Of a stretch of 64,000 nucleotides of DNA, positions 59,697 through 64,000 are shown piece after piece. The first letter of the stretch is position 1; the number at the start of each line of letters is the position of its first letter. Made by a program: the position numbers and the translations under genes. The notes below the pieces were generated by a model. The model searched no databases. It saw only the letters and a program-made list of their open reading frames with translations, and was not told the origin of the DNA. The stretch is taken from positions 3,410,001 through 3,474,000 of the forward strand of contig JBLDXI010000019.1 of the NCBI GenBank assembly GCA_047495785.1. The letters run 5' to 3'. This DNA is from Lepidodermella squamata. Its lineage: Eukaryota; Animalia; Gastrotricha.

Positions 59697-62454
59697 TCAG
59701 AAGTTACCGAGCAGGCAGTAACTCCGAAGACTGGCCAGTACGACGAAAATGACCCATAGGAGGACGAAAAACATTGTAGAAAGGATTTTCGGCACCAAAG
59801 GTCCACCCAGCTCGCCGCCAATCGGAGGGAGACGTCTCAGTACGAGGACCACAACGCCCGCGAACGCGAAGCAACAGTAAATGGTGACGATGAAGCGAAA
59901 ATTGCCGGCCGGGACCTACAAAATTAATGAAAATGTGTATAAGATAAAAACACCAAAGCTCACTGCTCACCTTGTAGTAATCTCCGTGATATGAGTGATA
60001 AGCTGCCCCAACTGTCCATGCCATTCCAATCCCGAGGAATACATTAACAGCACTCGAACCGGTGATATGGCCGATAGCAGCATCCGCCTCTCTTTCATGT
60101 ATAGCCGCATGTCTGCTTGCAAAAGTGTCTGGAAGACCCATTCCGAAGGCAATGAGCGTAACAGCAGTTACGTCATCCTCCATACCAATCGTACAACCGA
60201 AACCGGTTGCTAAATCACCGATTAAAGCCGAGTTGAGGGCCATCACCCCGAGGAGAAGTATAAAAGCCAACCACCCGTGAAGGTAACGAGCGGGAGGAAT
60301 TGCCGCTGCTAGCAACTTCCAGGGCAAGGATATCACGTAGATGAAAACTATCCAGACCTTCTTACCAAGGGACATGGTTTTGTTGTCAGAGGGTGAGGGA
60401 GAATGGCCTCGTTCTGCCGAGTCGCTGTGATCTTCATGCTCGTCAGACTTCTCCTCAAATGATATGTCAACAGCTTGCTTGAACTGGTCGCTCCACGTCG
60501 TCAGACGAAACATTTCAGCCATGTCACTGACCCGTAGCAAGCGGTCTAAAGCTTGGCTCAACTCTTCATCCTCACAGATGCCTAGTTTGATGGACGAAGG
60601 ACTGCCTAACAAAGGTCGCCCTAATGGGTTCGTTGGGGGTCTTGACAGGACAATAGGTTCGAGAAGTTCGATCGAAAAAGTGAAGATCTCCCCTGTTCGT
60701 TCCGTGTCGACGATTTCTAGCTCGATATGACCCTTTGGGTCGTCGTTTTCGAACCTCACAATTAACTCTTTCGGCAAGATAAAGTCCTTCCCGGATATCG
60801 CTGATCCAGACATCACTTTGAAGGGTATGGCGACCTGGCCTCTAGCCCCTCGGGATCTCACCACCTTTATTTGGACCTTACCAATGTTGTCAGGTATCGC
60901 CATTTCAGTACTTTCGAAATGAAACACCCCGCAGTGATCGTCGTCCAAAATCACGACAGTTGCCTCCTTGTTACTAAGAAGAGTGCTCACAACATGGCTA
61001 CCGTCACCAAGACCTCCAAACAACTTCGGATGGGAGAGGCGCACGTAAAATTCTTCATCCTCCTCGAACTCGTCATCGTCAATAATTTCAATCGCGATCT
61101 CAGCTGTTTTCTGGCCTGGTTCAAAGGTAAGGATGCCCTTAACTGCTACGAAGTCTGACCCAGCTGTAGCAGTTCCGTCGAATGTCTCGTAGTTTACTGT
61201 TAGTCCTAATTCGTCGACACCAGGGCCAGCTCTTTCGACAGTAAGCTTCATGGTGCCGCAATTTTCCATACAAGTTTCCCAGGTATCGACAAAACCAACG
61301 AATTGAACGTTGTTAAGTTGGATATCATCTTTTGGCGGCTCTTTGCCATGGGTTTGGCGGTATTGTGAAAGTCTTTTCTTAACCATGGCCTTCGAAATCA
61401 CAGACCCGCTAGCAGCACTAGATCTCGCGGTTTGAATCCTGTAGAAAGCTGCCGATTTCGGGGTGACTTTCAATAGTTCCAACTCAGCCATTTCTTCCAT
61501 TTCCGCCTGGCTAAGCTGAGGGTTAGTTTCCCGAATTTCGCGTAGGATTTTCGCCAGTTTCTTCCTCCGCTGAGTTTGAACGTAAGCCCCAGTGTCCATC
61601 GATTCCTCGATTTCCTCGCCATGATGGTCAGCCGGGGTCAAAATCCCGATTTTGTACGCTAAGGCGTAACTTAAATCACGAATCCAGCCTTTTTCGACCA
61701 CCCAACATATCACAACAACGCATGGGAATAGGAGTAAGGTCACAATGGCCTCCCACAGCTCGATAATCCCGGGTGAAATTTGATCGACGAGTAAGTAGAG
61801 CCAGATGTAGGAGCATATCGCTAGGAATGAAGACACGAAAAATAACGCCTGGTCTTCGATCCGCTTAGTTTTCGGGCTTTTCACGCTTCCCAGACATATG
61901 CCGGTGATTAGTAGGAAGTGATACGCCCCGCTTCCGACAATTAACGAAGGGCCGAGCTCATCGGTCTCAAAATGATGCTTTATCACCTCGAGGAATGGTA
62001 GGAAAATCTCTGCGGCGGAGGCTCCGATGCAGAAAACTGTGAGGGTTGCTACAACCGGGTGCCAAATGGGGACTTCAACTTCCTTAACAGTTCCATTCTG
62101 TAGCACGACCTTCTTCTTCCGTTTTTGTGATATGATGACTTCGATAGTGGATAACAACCGGTCTGTGAGAATGTTGATGCCATACAGTAAGTAGGCCAAG
62201 GCGAGGAGGTAGATAATGGCTCGGTAGGCCCGGACGCCGGGTGATGTTTCGTAGGGCTGAGGCAGCCATGCTGGTAGCAACAGGCCGTGGCCACACCCGT
62301 CGACGTGTGAGCCTTCGAGGGAACAACTTCCGAATTCGTGGTGACCACCGTGGTCGTCGTGGCTGGCTTCTACTTCGTGTTCGCTAGACGTGAGGCCAGA
62401 TGATCCGTGGCCGGACTCGCCAGCCTCGAGGCCGTGGCCTGAGGCGGGCAACAA
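59697..62454 (-). CDS. NCX/SLC8-family cation/Ca2+ exchanger with two Calx-beta domains; divergent alpha repeats; true start unresolved
   Basis: Alpha-1 region LTVFCIGASAAEI, ELGPSLIVGS, Calx-beta (ETFDGTATAGSDF, IIDDDEFEEDEEFYVRLS), TWSDQF and alpha-2 region GLPDTFAS. Intron 59916-59970 restores the C-terminus ...GGELGGP..LLGNF*. An in-frame stop lies 16 codons upstream of 62454 and no ATG is present, so a 5' exon is missing from my model. Confidence 0.9.
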
Positions 62455-64000
62455 GGGCTCAGATTCCGAACCCGTGATGGCTTCGATTCCAGTTTCGAAT
62501 TAACATTGAAAAATAAACAACTAAGATTCGAATGATTCAGTAAAGAATATATAGGACAGAATTCAACATTCTCGCAGTGCAACAGCGCAGTGCAGGCCAA
62601 TCCTGTATTCATGTCGCTACATCACCCAGTTTTTTGCGTTATTCAAGTATTCATGCAGCATTAATACATCTTCCATTCACTTAGCTTTCATGCATCTTCG
62701 CCATCTTGAGAAATTGTGAACAGTGCAATCTGTGTCAATCAAAACTGGGTGATCAATATATTGTGAAAAAAATATGTTCATGCAGGGCTCAAAAAAAGGA
62801 AGGTCCTGTGACCTAATACAATGGGCCTGGCATGTTAACCTTAATTTGTTCATGTATGTTATGAACTGGGCTGCTAAGCGCGAAGGGCCATATAAATAAA
62901 TTGGTTTCTATTCCATTATTTGCATTAAGTGATTCGTTCGGTGGATGATATGCATATGAAGCAAGATGATCGTTGAAGTCGCATGCATTAGATTTTCCCT
63001 CGACGCTACTGCAAGGACGCGGATGAGGCGCCGGTGCAAAAATAAGTAAAATTCACCACTTCACTTCTGAGCCTCTTGAAAGTGACACAATTCTCAGTGG
63101 CGGGAGAGGAGAAAGCGTTTCTTAAAAGAGGTTAAAAAGATGTCAAGGACAAAATTAGGATAAAACTAGAACTAGAACTAGAGAATATATTTTTCTCCCG
63201 CAATATATTTCTCTATAAAAAATATAAATCAGCATCCGCAGACTTCTATCAAGATTTTTTCAAGACAGAAAACTGTTCGCGCGTAACCCCGTTATTTTGC
63301 TGACTTGTTAACTGAAATAATCACATGAAAAGAATGTTCACACAATGAGGTGGGATAAAAAATTGAAATCCTAGCGACAATGGGGCAAATATTTTATTTG
63401 AACAACCTATTTTTTTCCTGGGAACATTCAGTAAAAAGCCTAGTTGCTCACGAAAAACGAGGCGTAACAAAGTTAGTTGGCAGCACAAACAAACTGTAAT
63501 AGTGAAAGAATCGTGTGAAGAATGCCATTATCACCATGTACAGCTATAAAAGCTTTAGGAGTAAAATACGCATCACGTATGCCGCAAACTTGTAAATGAT
63601 CATGAAGATGATGAGTTGATTATGATCACGCGAGCAATAAAACCCGTGTATACTACATCATATAATGTTGAGGTCTTGCGGTAAAATTATCACCGAAGCG
63701 TAACGATTAGCACGGTCATTTGGGGCGAGACGTCTGGGGATTATTGGTCTAGCGTTAACGTGGCGGAAAATACTCGTTGTCGATGAGACTATGGTAGTAA
63801 GGTGCGATGCATTTTTTGCTTACGCATATCTCGGTATAATATTTTTTGTATTTCCGCAATATATACGCGTGCTTATAGCGGAGTGAGTGGTGTTGCGTGA
63901 GTACTGCATGATTTACATTATGCCATGATATGAATATATGTATATTTATGCTTAAAAGCCACATCATACTACTTATGTATTGTGCAATTCAGCCGCACAG

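Noticed and set aside
59704-59915. C-terminus of the 916 aa NCX ORF as given in the track
   Set aside because: It is read-through of a 55-nt intron; the spliced frame gives the canonical GGELGGP ending.

Overview
Eukaryotic (metazoan invertebrate) genomic DNA, not prokaryotic. It has GT-AG spliceosomal introns, many only 46-58 nt long with TTTCAG/TTTTAG-type acceptors; this is nematode-like, but the taxon is an inference. I hand-spliced the main genes. (1) Two paralogous giant secreted lectin-like proteins (minus 1158-6878 and 35614-42830) have the order SP-PAN-F5/8-F5/8-[split F-type-lectin fold enclosing 3 LamG + 2 F5/8]-F-type-lectin fold. The second copy has an exon interrupted by a 1.7 kb TG..CA element with a 6-bp TSD. 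(2) A GT32/DXD glycosyltransferase is fused to a LamG-like domain. (3) There is a dispanin-like 2-TM gene and a frameshifted CXCXC-repeat secreted protein. (4) A 10-exon, ~1750 aa type I receptor (minus 13792-33118) carries five copies of a domain I cannot name, interleaved with sushi domains; its introns hold MITEs, a SINE and relics of mobile enzymes. (5) Two intronless GABA-B-like class C GPCRs form an inverted pair. (6) A tandemly duplicated cluster of intronless orphan type I membrane proteins all end in LPxYxxV, and two members are pseudogenes. (7) An NCX-family exchanger has non-canonical ion-binding alpha repeats and a His-rich N-terminus. Domain calls come from motif recognition by eye; no searches were run.
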